Positions 29,164 to 47,500 of a stretch of 64,000 nt of DNA are shown here, piece after piece (the stretch's first letter is position 1; each line of letters starts with the position of its first letter). This stretch comes from Scenedesmus sp. PABB004 (lineage: Eukaryota), in NCBI GenBank assembly GCA_014905635.1, contig JABVCE010000042.1, positions 1 through 64,000 on the forward strand, written 5' to 3'. The position numbers and the translations under genes are program-made. The notes under the pieces were generated by a model that was not told the DNA's origin, made no database searches, and worked only from the letters and a program-made list of their open reading frames with translations.

Positions 29164-30051
29164 GCAGCCAGGCCAGCAGCCGGACCAGCAGCAGCAGCCA
29201 GGCCAGCAGCCGGACCAGCAGCAGCACCCGCCGCCCCGAGGCGAGCAGGACGCGCCGCGCGGGCTGCCGGGGCGGCGCGGCCCCGCGAGCTTCGAGGCGG
29301 CGCCGCCCGCGGGCGGGCCCTGGCTGCGCTTCCTGCGCGACACGTACGCGGCGCTGCCGCCGCCGGGGCCGGGCGGCGGCGCGCGCGTGTCGGCGCTCGG
29401 GCCGCTGCGGCGGGAGCACTTTCCGCTGAGCGCCGTCGACTTTCACGTCAGCCCCATCACAGAGCACCTGCTCGCCGTGCCGACGGTCAAGGTACGCGCG
29501 CGCGGCCGCGGCGCAGCGGCGCTGCACAGCATCGTGCCGCTGCAGCCAGCGTAGCGCCGCGGCGCCTTAAACTCCCGCCCCTGCTCTGACGCGCGCGCAC
29601 GCGCACGCCGCGCGCGCAGGTCGCGCTGCGCGCGCTCGCGGGCGCGGACGCCGCACTCGGGCTGCAGGGGGACGCCGAGCTGGTGGGGCGGTGCCTGTGG
29701 GTCTTCCGGAGCTGCATCAACACCAAGGCCTGGCTGCAGGCGGCCTACCTCACGACGCCCGGCGGCGGCGCGGCGGTCGCAGCGGCGCCGCCGTTTGCGC
29801 GGCAGGTGCGCGCGCTGCATGCCACGCATGCGCTTGCCCCTGCGCTGCGCGCGCGCTCGCGCCCACCACGGGCGCATGCTCACATCTCGCCGGCGCCGGC
29901 GCGGCAGGTGCTGGACCTGGAGCTGGGCGCGCTCGCGGCCTTCCGAGAGGACCAGGCGGCGCAGCGGCGCGCGCTGCTGCCGCTGTGGAAGGCCGCCGCG
30001 CAGCACGCCGACAGCTTCTCGCGCGCATTCATCGCCCAGCGCCTGTCCTAA
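27166..30051 (+). CDS. UBZ-type zinc finger plus MgsA/WRNIP1 C-terminal-like helical domain protein; spliced
   Basis: NLS-like KKRK; RCPVCGTSFPNAFLALHVPDC (C2HC); ISALQKCVRRG..LLRRLSIICMEDG; AAYGGTAHDVAMM; AVDFHVSPI; TAA at 30049-30051. Confidence 0.65.
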
Positions 30052-30148
30052 GGTCGCGTGCGCCGGGGCGCGCTCCTCGGCCGGCGCACGGGCGCGCTGC
30101 GCGGGCTGGCGGCGGCCGGGGGTTGTGCGCTCGCGCCGCCGCGGGGAC

Positions 30149-30153
30149 TGTAA
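30149..30153 (+). terminator. TGTAA polyadenylation signal of the UBZ gene
   Basis: About 100 nt after the stop codon. Confidence 0.55.
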
Positions 30154-30192
30154 CACCAGGGGGCCCCCTCCCCCGCCCGCAGCCCCGCCGCG

Positions 30193-35238
<5,046 letters not shown>

Positions 35239-35976
35239 CGCCGCCGGCCGGGCCGGCCGGCCCCTGCTCGCTCCGCTGCGCAGCAGCGGGCGGCGAGGGG
35301 CCGGCCGGCGACCCGTGCTGCTCGTCGCCGCCCCGCCCAGTCCTGGAGGCGCGTGAGACGGGGCGGACGTGTCGTCGTGATGCGCGGCCCGGGCGGTGGC
35401 GGTCAAGCAGCCCGCGCGGCCTGCGCGGACCGCACCGGCAGCGCCCGCCCGCCGCGCCGCCGCCGCCGCCGCCCAGGCAGGACGCGGAGCACCCCAGCGT
35501 GCTTCAAGAGGGCGTGACAAGTCCAGAGGCGCGCGTCCGCGAGCTGCCCGCCGATGCGCCGTGTGGGCGGGTCAAGCAGCGCGGCCCCTGCGCGTGTGGC
35601 TGGCTGACGACGACGCCGGTGGCAGCAGAAGAGCAGAGAGAGCAATGGCCGGCGCCGGGGCTTGGGACTCTGCGCCGCCGCGGCGCGTGTGCCGGCCGAT
35701 CCGCGGTTGCTCATCGCGCCTCCCTTGCGCCCCACCCAAGCTCAGTCCTACAGGCCCTGCTTGCTGTGCAGCCGTGGCAACGCCGGCCAATTGACCGCCG
35801 CGCCCCACGGCGCTCGCCGGCGCGCGGCGCCCCTGCCAAAAGCCCTCTGTTCACACACACTTGAGCCGGCGCTGGCACGCCGTCTGCGCCGCACGCGCAC
35901 CGCAACCCCGCCCCCGCCCTCCCTCTCCCCACGGCCTACCCCGCCCCGCCCCGGCTCAGGGCTCAGGGCTCAGGGC

Positions 35977-38900
35977 TCAGGGCATTGAGATTGAGTTGTA
36001 GAGCGCGACGTAGTCGGCGGCGCTGCGGCTCCAGCTGAGCTCGGTGTTCATGTTGGTCTGCGTGCGAGCGCGCGCGCGCCGCGGCCGGGCGCGTGCAGAG
36101 CGCAGCGCCAGATCATGAGGTCGCGCGCGCAGGGCGTGCTGCGCGCGGGGCGTGCTGCGCGCGGGGCGTGCTGCGCACGGGGCGTGCTGCGCGCGGGGCG
36201 TGCTGCGCGCGGGGCGCGCGCGCGCGGGGCGTGCCTGTGCGAGCGTGCCCCAGGCGTCGCGGCGGTCGCGGAAGTGCGAGAGCGCGCGGTCGAGGGCGCC
36301 AAACAGCGCCGCCTCGTCCGAGCCGTCAAAGGTGTAGCCGTTGCCCTCGCCCTGCGGCGCGGCGCGGCGCCAGCGGCGGACGAGGCGGCGGCGCGGCGGA
36401 CGATTTGGCGGCGGCCGGGGGGGGGGGCTGCGGGCGACCGGGGCGGGGCGCCGGCGCGGCGCGGCGCCGCGCGGCGCCGTGCGGCGCGGCGCGGCGCGGC
36501 GCGCACGTTGGCGTGGCTGTCGACGTCGCGCACGGTGTCGGCGAGGCCGCCCGTCTTGCGCACGACGGGCACCGCGCCGTACCTGCGCGCCGGCGCGGGC
36601 ACGCCGGGCGCGGCGGGAGCGGCGGCGGGAGCGGCGGCGGCCGCTCAGCGCGCGCGGCGGCGCCCCCGCGCGCGATCCCCGTGGCTGCCCCGGGCTTGGC
36701 ATGGCGAGCGCCGTCAGGGCCCAAGCCCTTCAGGGTTTAACAGCCCTTCAGAGCCCTCAGGGTTTAAGGGTTTAGCGCCCCCGCACCGCATGCCGATCAT
36801 CTGCGTGAGCCCGCACGGCTCAAACATGCTCGGCACGAGGATGATGTCGGCGGCGGCGTAGATCTGGTGCGCCAGCGCCTCGCTGTACATCACCATCAGC
36901 CTGGCGATGGAGGCGTCAGGGCACGCGGGCGGCGGCGGCGGGGTGCGCGGCGGCGGGGGCGGGGGCAGGGGAGGGATGGAGGGGCAGGGCGCGTGCGCCG
37001 TGAGCGCGGCGCGGCGCCGGGCGGGCGTGCGGCGCGTGCGCAGGGACGCGGCGCCCGCCGCGGCAGGCGGCAGGCGGCAGGGGCGTCAGGTGCCGCGCGC
37101 CTGACGTCGCGGTGGTCCTTGAACTCGGCCTCGGCCATCTTCTTGAACTCGCCGTCGCAGTGCCCGCTGCCGAGCAGCACAAACTGCGCGCCGCGGTCGA
37201 GGCACCTGCGGCGGCGGCGGCCGCAGGCGGCTCGGCGCGCGCCGCCGCGCCCTCGAGCGCGGGCGCCGAGGCAGGAGGCGGCAGCAAACGCCCACTGCTC
37301 TTGAGCCGCTGGGTCCGACGCGCAGCTGCCGCGCAGCGGCAAGCTCGAGCGCTCGACCCAGCGGCTGAAGAGCAGCGGGCAGCTCTCGGTGCCCCGCCCC
37401 CCGGGCACGCCGCACGCGCCGCCGCGCCCGCCGTTCGGAGGCCTAAACCCTGCGCAGCCCTAAAACATAAACCTTGAACCCTAAAGGCCCTTAAACCCTG
37501 GCCCCGGCGCCTCACTTGAAGAGCGCGGCCTTGATGAGGTGGATTCCCTTCTGGGGCACGAGGCGCGTGATGACGGCGACGAGCGGCTTGTCGGCGCTCT
37601 CGTCCAGGCCCAGGCCCTTGGGCGGGAGAGGGAGGGTTTAGGGAGGGAGAGGGAGGGAGGGAGGGTTTAGGGAGGGAGAGAGTGTGCGTGAGAGCGAGAG
37701 CGTGCGCGTGCGGGGAGAGGGGTGCTGCGGCTGCGGCGGCGGCGGCGGGGCCCGCGCAGGCCGGTCGCCGCACCCGCTGGAGGAACTTCTTGCACACCGC
37801 CTTGCCGTCGGGGAACTGCGCGGTGAAGTTGGCCGCGAGCAGGCCGTCGCGCGCCGGGTCCCACTCCTCAACGTCGATGCCGTTGAGGATGCCGCGCACC
37901 TGCGCGGCGCGCGCGTGGGTGGGGCGTTTGTGTCTTTTGAGCGTTTTTGAACCGCTGCTTCGAATCGAGGGGCCGGCCGGGTTTGAGCCAAGGCTCCAAC
38001 GAGGGGGAAAAGGAGGGGGGAGAGGGGTGCGGCGCGCCAAGCGCGCGCGCGGGCGTGCGCGGCGCGCCGCACCTTGGCCTTGACCTCGGGCCGCGTGAGC
38101 GTGGAGCGCAGCCAGCCGGCCTGCCCGCCGTTGAGGACCTCGTTCGCGTAGGTGGGGGACACCGTGGTCACCGCGTTGGAGTAGACCAGACCGCCCTGCG
38201 CGCCGCGCCGGCGCGGCGGAGCAGGGCGCGGCGACGCGTGGGCGCGCGGCGATGGGTGGGCGCGCGCGCGTGTTGTGAGGGGGCCGCGCGCGGCTCCTCG
38301 CGCGCGCCCGTTGTGCGGGCGGCGCCTGAGCCTCAGCCCTGGGCCGACCGCCCATGAAAAAAAACCAACCACGGCTAAACCCTGACCGCGCCCGCTCCAA
38401 AACCCCGCCGCGCCTTCATGAGGTTGAGGCGCTCCGGGTTGTGCCCGATCGTGCGCTCGTCAAGGGCGCGGTCGATGGTCGCAAACAGCTCCCCGTCCAC
38501 GCCTGCGTCGCGGGGTGGGCGGCGCGGGGGCGCGGGGAGGCGGGCGCGGCTCACAGGGCGCGCGCGGGGAGGGCGGGGGCCTCACGCGGGCGAGGACGTC
38601 AGCGTGCGTCGGCGGGCGCGCCAGCGTGGGAAGGCGGCGCACCCGTGAAGCTGAACTCGTCCTGGCGGCACTCGCCGGTGTTGTCGAGGTTGTGGATCGT
38701 CAGCACCACGCGCGGGCGGTACAGGCCCAGCTGGCTGTACACCTGGCGTGCGGCGCGCGGGGCGACGGCGTGGCAAGCAGTCGGCGGCGGCGCGGCGCGG
38801 CGCCCCGCCGCGCGGGAGGGCAGCGCGAGGGTCGAGGGCGCGCTGCGCGCGCCCGGGTTGGAGCTGTCGGGGCTGCCAGGGCGCGGCCGCACCTCCCAGT

Positions 38901-40762
38901 AGAGCATCGACACCGCGGCGGTCTGCCACTCGTGCAGGTGCATCACGTGCGGCTGCTGCCCGCTCGCGCGCAGGTACTCGAGCCCCGCCCTGGGGCGGCG
39001 CGCGCGGCGGCGGCGGCGGGGGCGGCGCGTGAGCGGCGGCGCCCCGGCGGCGACCGGGCGCGGTGCGCGCGCGCTGGCTCTGAGGTGCGCAAACCGGCGA
39101 GCGAAACCGGCGAGTCAAAGCGGCGAGTCAAGTGACAGTCAAGCAACAGTCAAATGACAGTCAAACGACAGTGTGCCGGACCTGCAGAAGTAGAGGTAGC
39201 TCTCCATCTCGTTGTAGCTGCCGCCGTAGATGCGCCCGCCGCTGCGGCGGCCGGCGCGGCGCGGCGGCGGGGCGCAGGGTTCAGGGCTCGGGGTTTTGAG
39301 GTGTGAGCGGTTTCAGGCAGTTCGAGGCGCGAGAGAGAGCTCACGCCGGCGGCGGCGGCGGCCGCACCGGAAGAGGTTGCAGCTGTCCCAGTCGGCGGGG
39401 CGCAGCAGCACGACCGGCACGCCGCCGATGACGCCGCGCCAGACCGACGTGCGCAGGCTGCCGATCTGCGGGGCGCGCGCAGGGCGGCGGGCGGTCGGCC
39501 GCGCGCCCGCGCCGCCGCAGGCGCTGCAGCCGCCGCCGGCCGGCTGCCCCTCAAGAGGAGCCCTGCCGCCGGGGTTTAGCGACCGACGACGACGGCCCAC
39601 CTGGAACTCGCCGTCCCAGGAGCGGCCCTTGGGGACGTCGATGTCCATTTCGTGCGCGAGGCCCTCGATCTGGGCCTGGGGCAGGCACTCGTAAAAGGGC
39701 ATCAGCACCGCCACGTTGTGCCCGCGCGCGAGGCACGTGCGCGCGAGGCCGTGCACCACGTCGCCCAGGCCGCCGACCTGGCCAACGGCGGAGCGCGGCG
39801 GGCGGCGCGTCGGCGGGCGCGGCGGTGGGCGAGCGGGCGCGGCGCGCTGCGCGGCGGGGGCGGGGGCCTGAAAAATACAAACCCTTAACCCCCTAAACAT
39901 CTCCCTCCATTACGCCCTTAAACGCCTCCCTCCCACCTTTGCGATGGGCGCGAGCTCCGCGGTGAAGTGCACGATGTCCAGCGACCTGCTGTCGCGCGGC
40001 TGCACGCTGCTCGCGCCCGCGCCGACGTCGACCGGCATCGGCGCGCCGCGCGCGGGCGACTCCCAGAACTTGGACCCCCGCGCCGGCCACGCGACGCCGA
40101 GCTCGAGCTGGCGCTGCGCGGTCGACGGCGGGCGGCGGCGCGGCGCGCGGCGGGTCCGGGCAGCGCGTGGCGGGGCCGAGCAGCGGCAGCGAGCGCTGCG
40201 TTCGTGCAGCTGCCCCCCCCCCCTCCCCTCTGCGGGCGCACCAGGAATGCGTCGGTGCCGACCGCCGCCTTGGCCGGCGCGCCCGCGGGCGCCGCGGCGG
40301 CCGCGGCGCCGGGCGCGGGGCCGACGGTCACCGCGTTGTCGCGCAGCGCCGACAGCTCCGCCTTGAGCCGCTCGTTCTCAGCCTGCAGCGCCGCGAGCTG
40401 CGCGGCCATCGCGTCGGCGCTCGGCGCCGCCGCGGCGTCGACCTGCTGCGCGCGCCGCGGCAGCAGCGCGCCGCGCTGCGCGGCGCCGCGGCGGTGGGGG
40501 CGGCGGCGGCGGCTCGTGGGCAGGGCCGCGCACCGGGAGCGGCGCGGCGCGGGGAGCCGCGGCGCGCGGCAGGGGCAGCGGCAGCGGCACCGTCGTCGCG
40601 CGGCGCGCCGCCGCGGGCAATTGCCGCCCCGCCGCCCACCTGCTGCGCGCCAGCGAGGCCGGGAGCGGCGGTGGGGACGCGCAGGGGCGCCAGGCGGGGC
40701 CGGGCGGCCCCTGGGCACGCCCGGCGCGCCAGGCACGGCGCGCTGCCCGCTCGCAGCGCCAT
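35977..40762 (-). CDS. Plastid soluble starch synthase, SSIII/SSIV-like (GT5); multi-exon
   Basis: [102 protein letters not shown]; transit-peptide-like start and a short coiled coil. Confidence 0.95.
36132..36216. repeat. Intronic 16-bp minisatellite, 5 copies (GGGGCGTGCTGCGCGC)
   Basis: CGTGCT recurs at 36135, 36151, 36167, 36183 and 36199. Confidence 0.9.
39113..39164 (-). repeat. Five TTGACT motifs at 11-13 bp spacing in a starch synthase intron
   Basis: AGTCAA on + at 39113, 39126, 39137, 39148 and 39159. Confidence 0.85.
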
Positions 40763-41517
40763 GGCTGGCCTCGCTACGACGCGAGACGCTGCAGGCACGA
40801 GCTTACGAGGCCGTCGGCGCGCCGGCGCGGCGCGTGGGCAGGTGCGGGCGCTGCGCGCGGGGCGCCAGGCCTCTCGGCGCGGATTCGCGGCGAGGGATGC
40901 CACGCTGACCGGCGTGTACGAGAGTGGAGGCTGGCGCGACGTCCGGGCAGCGAATGCGCCCCAGGCGCGCCGCGCACGCGCCAGGGCAGCCCGCCGGTCG
41001 GGGTCACTGCTGCTGCGCCCGGCACTCGGTGCACGTTGTCGCCCGCACGCCCGGCCCCAGCACGCCAGACCGTTCGCCGTCCAGCACGCAGCAGCGCAGA
41101 CGCTGCGGGCGCGCAGAGAGCACTGCTGCTCGGCCGGGCAGCAGCAGCAGCAGTCGGTCGCTCGCGCGCCGCGGCTTCGCGCGCCCGTGCAACGCGCGTC
41201 CGGCGCTGATGCGCTGATCGCCCGCGCGCTGCGAACGCACAGCACGGCGAGCAGCATGCTGCAGCCCAGCCTAGGCCGCGTGCGGCCGCCCTGCGGCGCG
41301 CCGGGGGCGCGAGGGGCCGGCCCACGGCCCGCCAGCGCGGCGCCGCGCCAATCCGGGCGGCCCAGCCGGCGCAGCGGCCTGGCGAGGAGCGCAGGTGCGG
41401 GGCGGGCGCGCGCGGGCGCCGGGCGCGCGTGTGTGCGGCGCAGAGCTGATCAGTACCCCCCCTCGCGCTCGCACGCGCAGGCAAGGAGCTGGAGCCGTTC
41501 GCGCTGGTGAGTTGGTG

Positions 41518-44500
41518 ATGCTCGGCACATCGCGCCCGCGCGCCGCGCACGGGGCCCCGGCCGCCCTGGCGCGTGCCGCCCCGCACGGCCAGCGCTGCCG
41601 GCTCGGTCGTGGGCAGCGCGCCGCGCCGCCATGGCGCGCGCCTGGGCCGCAGCGGGCCGTCAGCTCCAGCCTGGTGCTGCCCGGCCTCCCGCGGCCGCGG
41701 GGCCCGCCCCGCGCCAGGGCGCGCCCCACGCGCCCCCGGGGCCCCAGGGCGCTTGGCCCGCGCCGGCGGCGGGACCGCCGGCCGTGCCGCGCGCGCCGCG
41801 CGCGCCGCGGGCGCCGCCAGTGCCGCGCCGCTGCGGCGGCACCGCCGCGCCGCCCGAGCCCCGCGCGCGCCCGCCGCCGCCGCGTCCGCCGGCGCGCCGC
41901 AGGGCGAGCAGAAGCGCATCGCCATCATCGGCGCCGCGCAGGAGGTGGAGGAGGAGGAGCCGGCCGCGGGCGCGGGCGGCGACGGCGACACGAAGCAGCT
42001 CACGACGACAGAGGCGGTCGGCGCGCTGCCGCCGCCCGGCGGCTCCACCGCGACGGGCGGCGCGGGCACGGGGCTCGCGGAGGCGCTGAACCTCGCGGGC
42101 ACCGCGGCGGAGGGCGGCGAGCCGTTCAGCGACGACGCGACCGACCCGGAGCTCGCGAGCTGGGTGGAGCAGCTGCAGCAGGAGGTGCGGCGCTGCAGCC
42201 GGACGCCGCGCCCGCGCGCCGCCGGGCGCGCAGCCGGCGGCCGCGGCAGCAGCGTGCGCGCCCCCGCCGACCCACCCCGCCCGCTCGCCGCTCGCCCTGC
42301 GTCCCGGCGCCGCGGCAGTCGGTGGCGATGGCCTCGCAGCTCGGCGAGTATCGCAGCCAGGCGGCCGCCAAGATCAGCAGCCTCGCCGGCCGCACCAGCC
42401 TCGACCCCGCGGCGCGGCAGGAGCTGGAGGAGCTTACGCTCGTGCTGCAGGCGGCGCTCGCGCAGGTGCGGCGCGCGCAGCGCGGCGTACGGCGCGGCGC
42501 GGCGCGGCGCCGCGCGGCGCCCGGCGCGCACACGCCCGCGCGGCGTGGCGCAGGTGGACGTGCTGAGCCGGCAGGCGGCGCTCGCGGAGGTGCTGCAGCA
42601 CCGCATCGCCGACCAGGAGGACGTGCTGCAGCAGCTGCAGACCGAGCTGGAGCACGTCGACGCGCAGCGGGTGCGCCGCGCCGCACGGCACCATGCTTGC
42701 CCGCGGGCGGCCTGCCGCACGCGCCTGCGGCCGGCCTGCGGAACGCGCCGTCGCCCGGCCTACCGCACGCGCCGCCGCCGACGTGCCGCCGCCGCCGCCG
42801 CCGCCGCTGCCGCCGCGCAGGCCCAGGAGTTTGAGACGACGCTGGCAAACATCAACGAGCTCGAGGAGGCGCTCGCGCTGGCGCAGGACCAGGTGGACGC
42901 GAGCCACAGGTGCGGGGCGCCGCCTCGCCGCTGCAGCCGCTGCCGCTGCCGCTGCCGCTGTCGCGGGCCGCCGCCGCGGCGCGCTCGTGCAGCGGCAGCG
43001 CGCCGACGGCGCCGCTCGTCCGCGTGTTGTCCGGCTGGCTGCCCACGCAGGCTGGAGGAGCTGCTCGAGGTGAAAGAGGCCCTGCAGGAGCAGCTCGACG
43101 CCGCCAACGCGCAGCTCGCGGCGTCGGCCGAGCAGCTCGCGACGAGCCGCAAGGAGAGCGAGGAGGTGGCGGCAAAGCTCGCCGCGGCGGAGGAGGCGCG
43201 CGAGGCGGCGGACAAGGTGCGTGCCAGGCCCTGGGGGGAGCGCGCGGGCGGGCGTCGGCGGGCGCCCGCCGCAGAGAGCGGAGGGCGGGCGTCGGCGGCG
43301 CGCTCCCTGGGCGTGGCCCTCGCTGCGCCGCGCAGCAGCGGTCTCCGCCCCCTGCGGGCGCTGCGTCCGCCCCCGCGCGCTCGGCCTCCACGCGTCGCCG
43401 CCGCCGCTGCCGCGGGGCGCAGGCCAAGTCGGCGGCCGAGGAGGCGCGCACCGCGGCGGAGGCGAGCCTGGCGACCCTCACCGCTGACTATGAGAAGATC
43501 AAGGCGGAGGTCAAGGCCGCGCAGGAGGCGGCGGAGCAGCTCGCGGCCGCGGTCGCGGTCTCGGCGGCGGCGGTGCGCGCAGGGGGAGCCAGCGGCGCGG
43601 CGCGGGCGCGGGGCGGGCGGGCGAGGGGCGGCGGGCCCGGCGCCGTCGCTCGACGCCGCGCCGCCCGCGCGCGTCGGCCCCGCCGCAGGGCGCCAAGGGC
43701 AGCCGCGGCAAGGGCAAGCGCGGCGGCAAGGGCAAGGGCTTTGCGGCCAAGGCCGCCCCCGCGGACGCCAAGTCGGCCGCGGCCGCGCCCGGCGCCGACG
43801 ACAGCGTCGACGGCGACGCCGAGGAGAGCGGGGACGAGGGCAGCGGCCTGCCTGACCTCGCTAAGATGGTCAGCCTGATGAAGGACAGGGAGGCCCTCGT
43901 CGCCGACGGGCGGGCGCGGCTGGAGGAGCTGACCAAGTCGCTCGCCGAGGCAGAGGCCAAGCTCAAGGTGCGTTTGTTGCTATGCGTGTGCGCGCGGGGT
44001 GTGCGCCTGTGCTTGCTCGTGTGCGAACGTACGCGCGCGTGCGCGGCGCTCACGCGCCGCCGCGCCCGGCCGCGCCAGGCGTCCGAGGCGGAGGTGGCCG
44101 CGCTCAAGGCGCAGCTGGAGGCTCAGAAGAAGGAGCTGGAGGAGGCCGCGGCGGCCAAGCTGGAGGAGGCGGAGGCCACGTTCACAAAGCAGCTGACGGA
44201 GATGCAGACCCTGCTGGCGGACTACCAGACGCAGGTGCGCGGCGGTGGCAGTGGTGGGCACGGCGGCGGCGGCGGTGGCGGCGGCGCGGCCCGCGCGTCG
44301 CTGCCAGCCCTGGAGCTGGAGCTGGCGGCGGCGGCGGCGGCGCGCTGCGCCCACAGCCGCCCCCACGCCGCCGCGGCGTGGCGGCGCGCAGGTGGTTGAG
44401 CTGTCGAAGCAGAACAACGAGCTCGAGGAGGAGGCGCTCGCGCTGGAGCAGAAGCTCGGCGAGGCGGAGGAGGCAGTGGACCGGGGGCAGAAGCAGGTCG

Positions 44501-47500
44501 CCGAGCTCAGCGGCCGCCTCGCGAGCGGCGCGGACGGCAGCAAGGAGCTGCGCGAGTCGCTCAAGGAGCGCGAGGTGCGGCGGCGGCGGCGCACGCGGGA
44601 GGGGCAATGATTCAGGGGCGCCGGGGGCGCGGCTGGCGCGGCGCAGGCCCTGCCCTGCCCCCGCGCGGCCGCGGCGGCGGCTGCGGCGCCTCACCGGCCG
44701 CGCCGCCCGCACCCGCGCCCGCGCGCCCGCGCGCCAGGCCGCGCTCGAGGCCGCGCAGGCCGACCTGTCTGAGCTGAAGGACGAGCTCAAGGCCGCGGTG
44801 AAGCGCGAGGCGGCGAAGGCGCTGGAGCTGTCGCGCGCGCAGCAGGACCTGCTTCTCGCGGAGAAGGCGAGCACCAAGCTGCAGGCGGAGCGCGACGACC
44901 TGGGCAAGAAGGTGCGGGGGCCGCACCGCTGGCGCCCGGCGGCGGCGGCGGCGGCGGCGGCGCAATGTGCATCGCTGCGCGAGCGCGCGGGCCTGGCGGC
45001 GCTGCTGGCCGCGCAGGCGCTGCTGCTGCCGACGCGCGCGGCCGCGGCCGCGCCGCCGCCGCCGCACGCAGGTCATCGCGCTGCGCAGCAGCCAGCTCAA
45101 GGCGGAGCAGGCGCTCGCGGACGCGGCGACGGCGGAGGCCAAGCTCGCCGAGGCGGGGCAGCAGCTCGCGAGCGTGAGCGCGCAGCTCAGCACCGAGATG
45201 GCGCGCGCACAGAAGCTCGCGTCCGAGGTCGGCGGCGCCAAGGAGGCGGAGAAGGTGCGCCGGCGGCGGCGCCAAGGCCCGGCGGCGCGGCCCCAGCGCG
45301 CGGGCCCCGCCCGTCCTGCGTCCGCGCTCGCGCCGGCCGCCCCCCGCTGGCCGCGCCGCCGCTGCCGCCGCCCTCACGCCGCCCGCCGCGCCGCGGCTTG
45401 CCACGCCGCAGAACGCGCTCGCCAAGCTCGCCGCCGTGCAGGCGGCGCTCGAGGACCAGGCGAGCCTCGCGACGAGCCGCGGCGACCAGGTCGGCCAGCT
45501 CAGCGCGCAGCTCGACGCGCTCAAGGCGTCCCTGTCGGCGATGAGCGAGGCGGGCGCGGAGGCCAAGCAGTTTGCCGCGCAGCTTGACGAGCGCGACAGC
45601 ACGATCAAGGTGGGGCCGCGGCGCCCGGGCGCGTGCGGCGGGCCGGGGAGGCACGCGGCGGGGCGGGCGGTGGGAGGGCGGCGGGCGGGGGCGCAGAGGG
45701 AGCCGGGCGGCGCCGGCGTGCGCGCCGCGCGCGCCGCCGCCCTGACCCTGGCCGCGCCGCGCCGCGCCGCGCCGCAGGAGGCGCGCGCGCAGCTCGAGGC
45801 GGCGCAGCAGCAGAACAGCCAGATGTCGCAGCAGCTCGCCGCGCTCAAGCAGCAGCTCGCGGCGGCGAGCGCCGCGCCGGACGCGGCCGAGAGCGCAGAC
45901 GCGCAGGCGGCGCAGGCGCGCGCGGTGGAGCTGGCGGAGCAGGTGCGGTTGTGTGCTGCGCGCCCGCGCGCTGGCTCCGCGCCCAGAGGACGGCCGCGCG
46001 CCGCGCTCGCTCGCGCCCCTCCCTCCCTCCGCCTCACGGCCTTTCCCGCCCGCGCGCGCAGGTTGCCAAGCTCCAGGCGTCCCTGGCCGCCAAGGACGCT
46101 GACATCGCCAGCCTGGCCGACAAGCTCGAGGCGGCGGTCGAGGCGGCGGCGGGCGCGACGGCCGCCGCGGCGGCCGCCGGCGCCGGCGCCGCGCCGCGCG
46201 CCGCCGGCGCGGCGGCCGGCCCCGGCGACGCGGCCGCGGCGGCCGCGCTCGCGGCGGCGCAGGCGCAGGTGGACGAGGCGGTGCGGGCGCGGGCCACGCT
46301 GGAGAAGGAGGCCTCGCTGCTGCGCGCGTCAAATGAGAACTACGCGCAGCAGGTCGACACGCTCACGCTGCAGGTGCGTCGCCGCTCGTGTGCCTGCAGG
46401 GGGGCGCCGCGCCCCGCCGCGGCAGCAGCGGCGCGTGCGCTGCCGGGGCGCGGGCGCGCGGCCGACGCCTCCCTGCCCGCGCCGCTCCTCCCGGCGCCCG
46501 CGCAGGTGTCGCAGCTGGAGGCGAGCATCGGCGAGGCGACGCAGCAGTCGAGCCTCGCGGTGGGCCAGCTGCAGCAGGTCAAGGCGCTCGCGCTGCAGGA
46601 GACGGAGGCCGCGGCCGCGATCCTGGGCAAGGCCGAGCGCCTGATCAAGAGCCTCGCCGAGCAGCGCGCCGCGCAGCAGCAGCGCCAGGTGCGGCGGCAG
46701 GGCGTCGGGGCGGGGCGTCGAGAGGGGACGCGGGGTCGCGGCTGCCGCCGGGCCGCCTGCCCCGAGGACCGCGCCGGCCCGCCCGGCGCGCGCCGACGCA
46801 CGCGCGCTCCCTCCGCCCGCGCGCAGGTGACCGCCGCGGCGGCGGCCGCGGGCGGCGCGGCGGCGGAGACGGCGCTGCGCGGGCAGGTTGCGGAGCTGCA
46901 GGTCAAGCTGGCGGAGCAGGCGGACATTGCCAACGAGGCGTCGGCGCGCGCGGAGCAGCTGGAGGAGGACCTCGCGGGGCTGCGCGCGGAGGTGGCGCAG
47001 ATGCGCCGCTCGGCCACGATCACCGGCGGCGGCGGCAGCAACGCGGCGCTCGCGCAGCTGAACGAGGAGGTCGCCGCGCGCGAGGCGGCGCTCACGCAGC
47101 AGCTCGCGGCGGCCGAGGCGCGCGCCGCGGCGGCGGCGGCGGAGCGCGAGGCGACCCGGGCGCGCGTGGTGGCGCTGGAGACGGAGCTGCGCCAGAAGGA
47201 CGTCGCGGCGGAGGAGGCCGCCGCCGCCGTCGCGGCCGCGGGCGGGCGCGACAAGCAGGTGCGGCGCGGCGCCACGCCCTCCCTGCCCGCGCGGGGGGCG
47301 CCGCCGCGCCGCGGCCCCGACGCGCGGGCCCGCGCGCGCGCGCCGCCGCGCTCACCGCCGACGCCGCCGTGCGTGCACCGCGCTGCGCCGCCGGCCTCAG
47401 GTCGCCAGCCTCGTCGCGCGCGTGTCGAGCCTGGAGGCGCAGAACACGCAGCTGCGCGTCGCCGCGGCGAAGCGCGAGCAGGTGCTGCAGCAGTCCAAGA

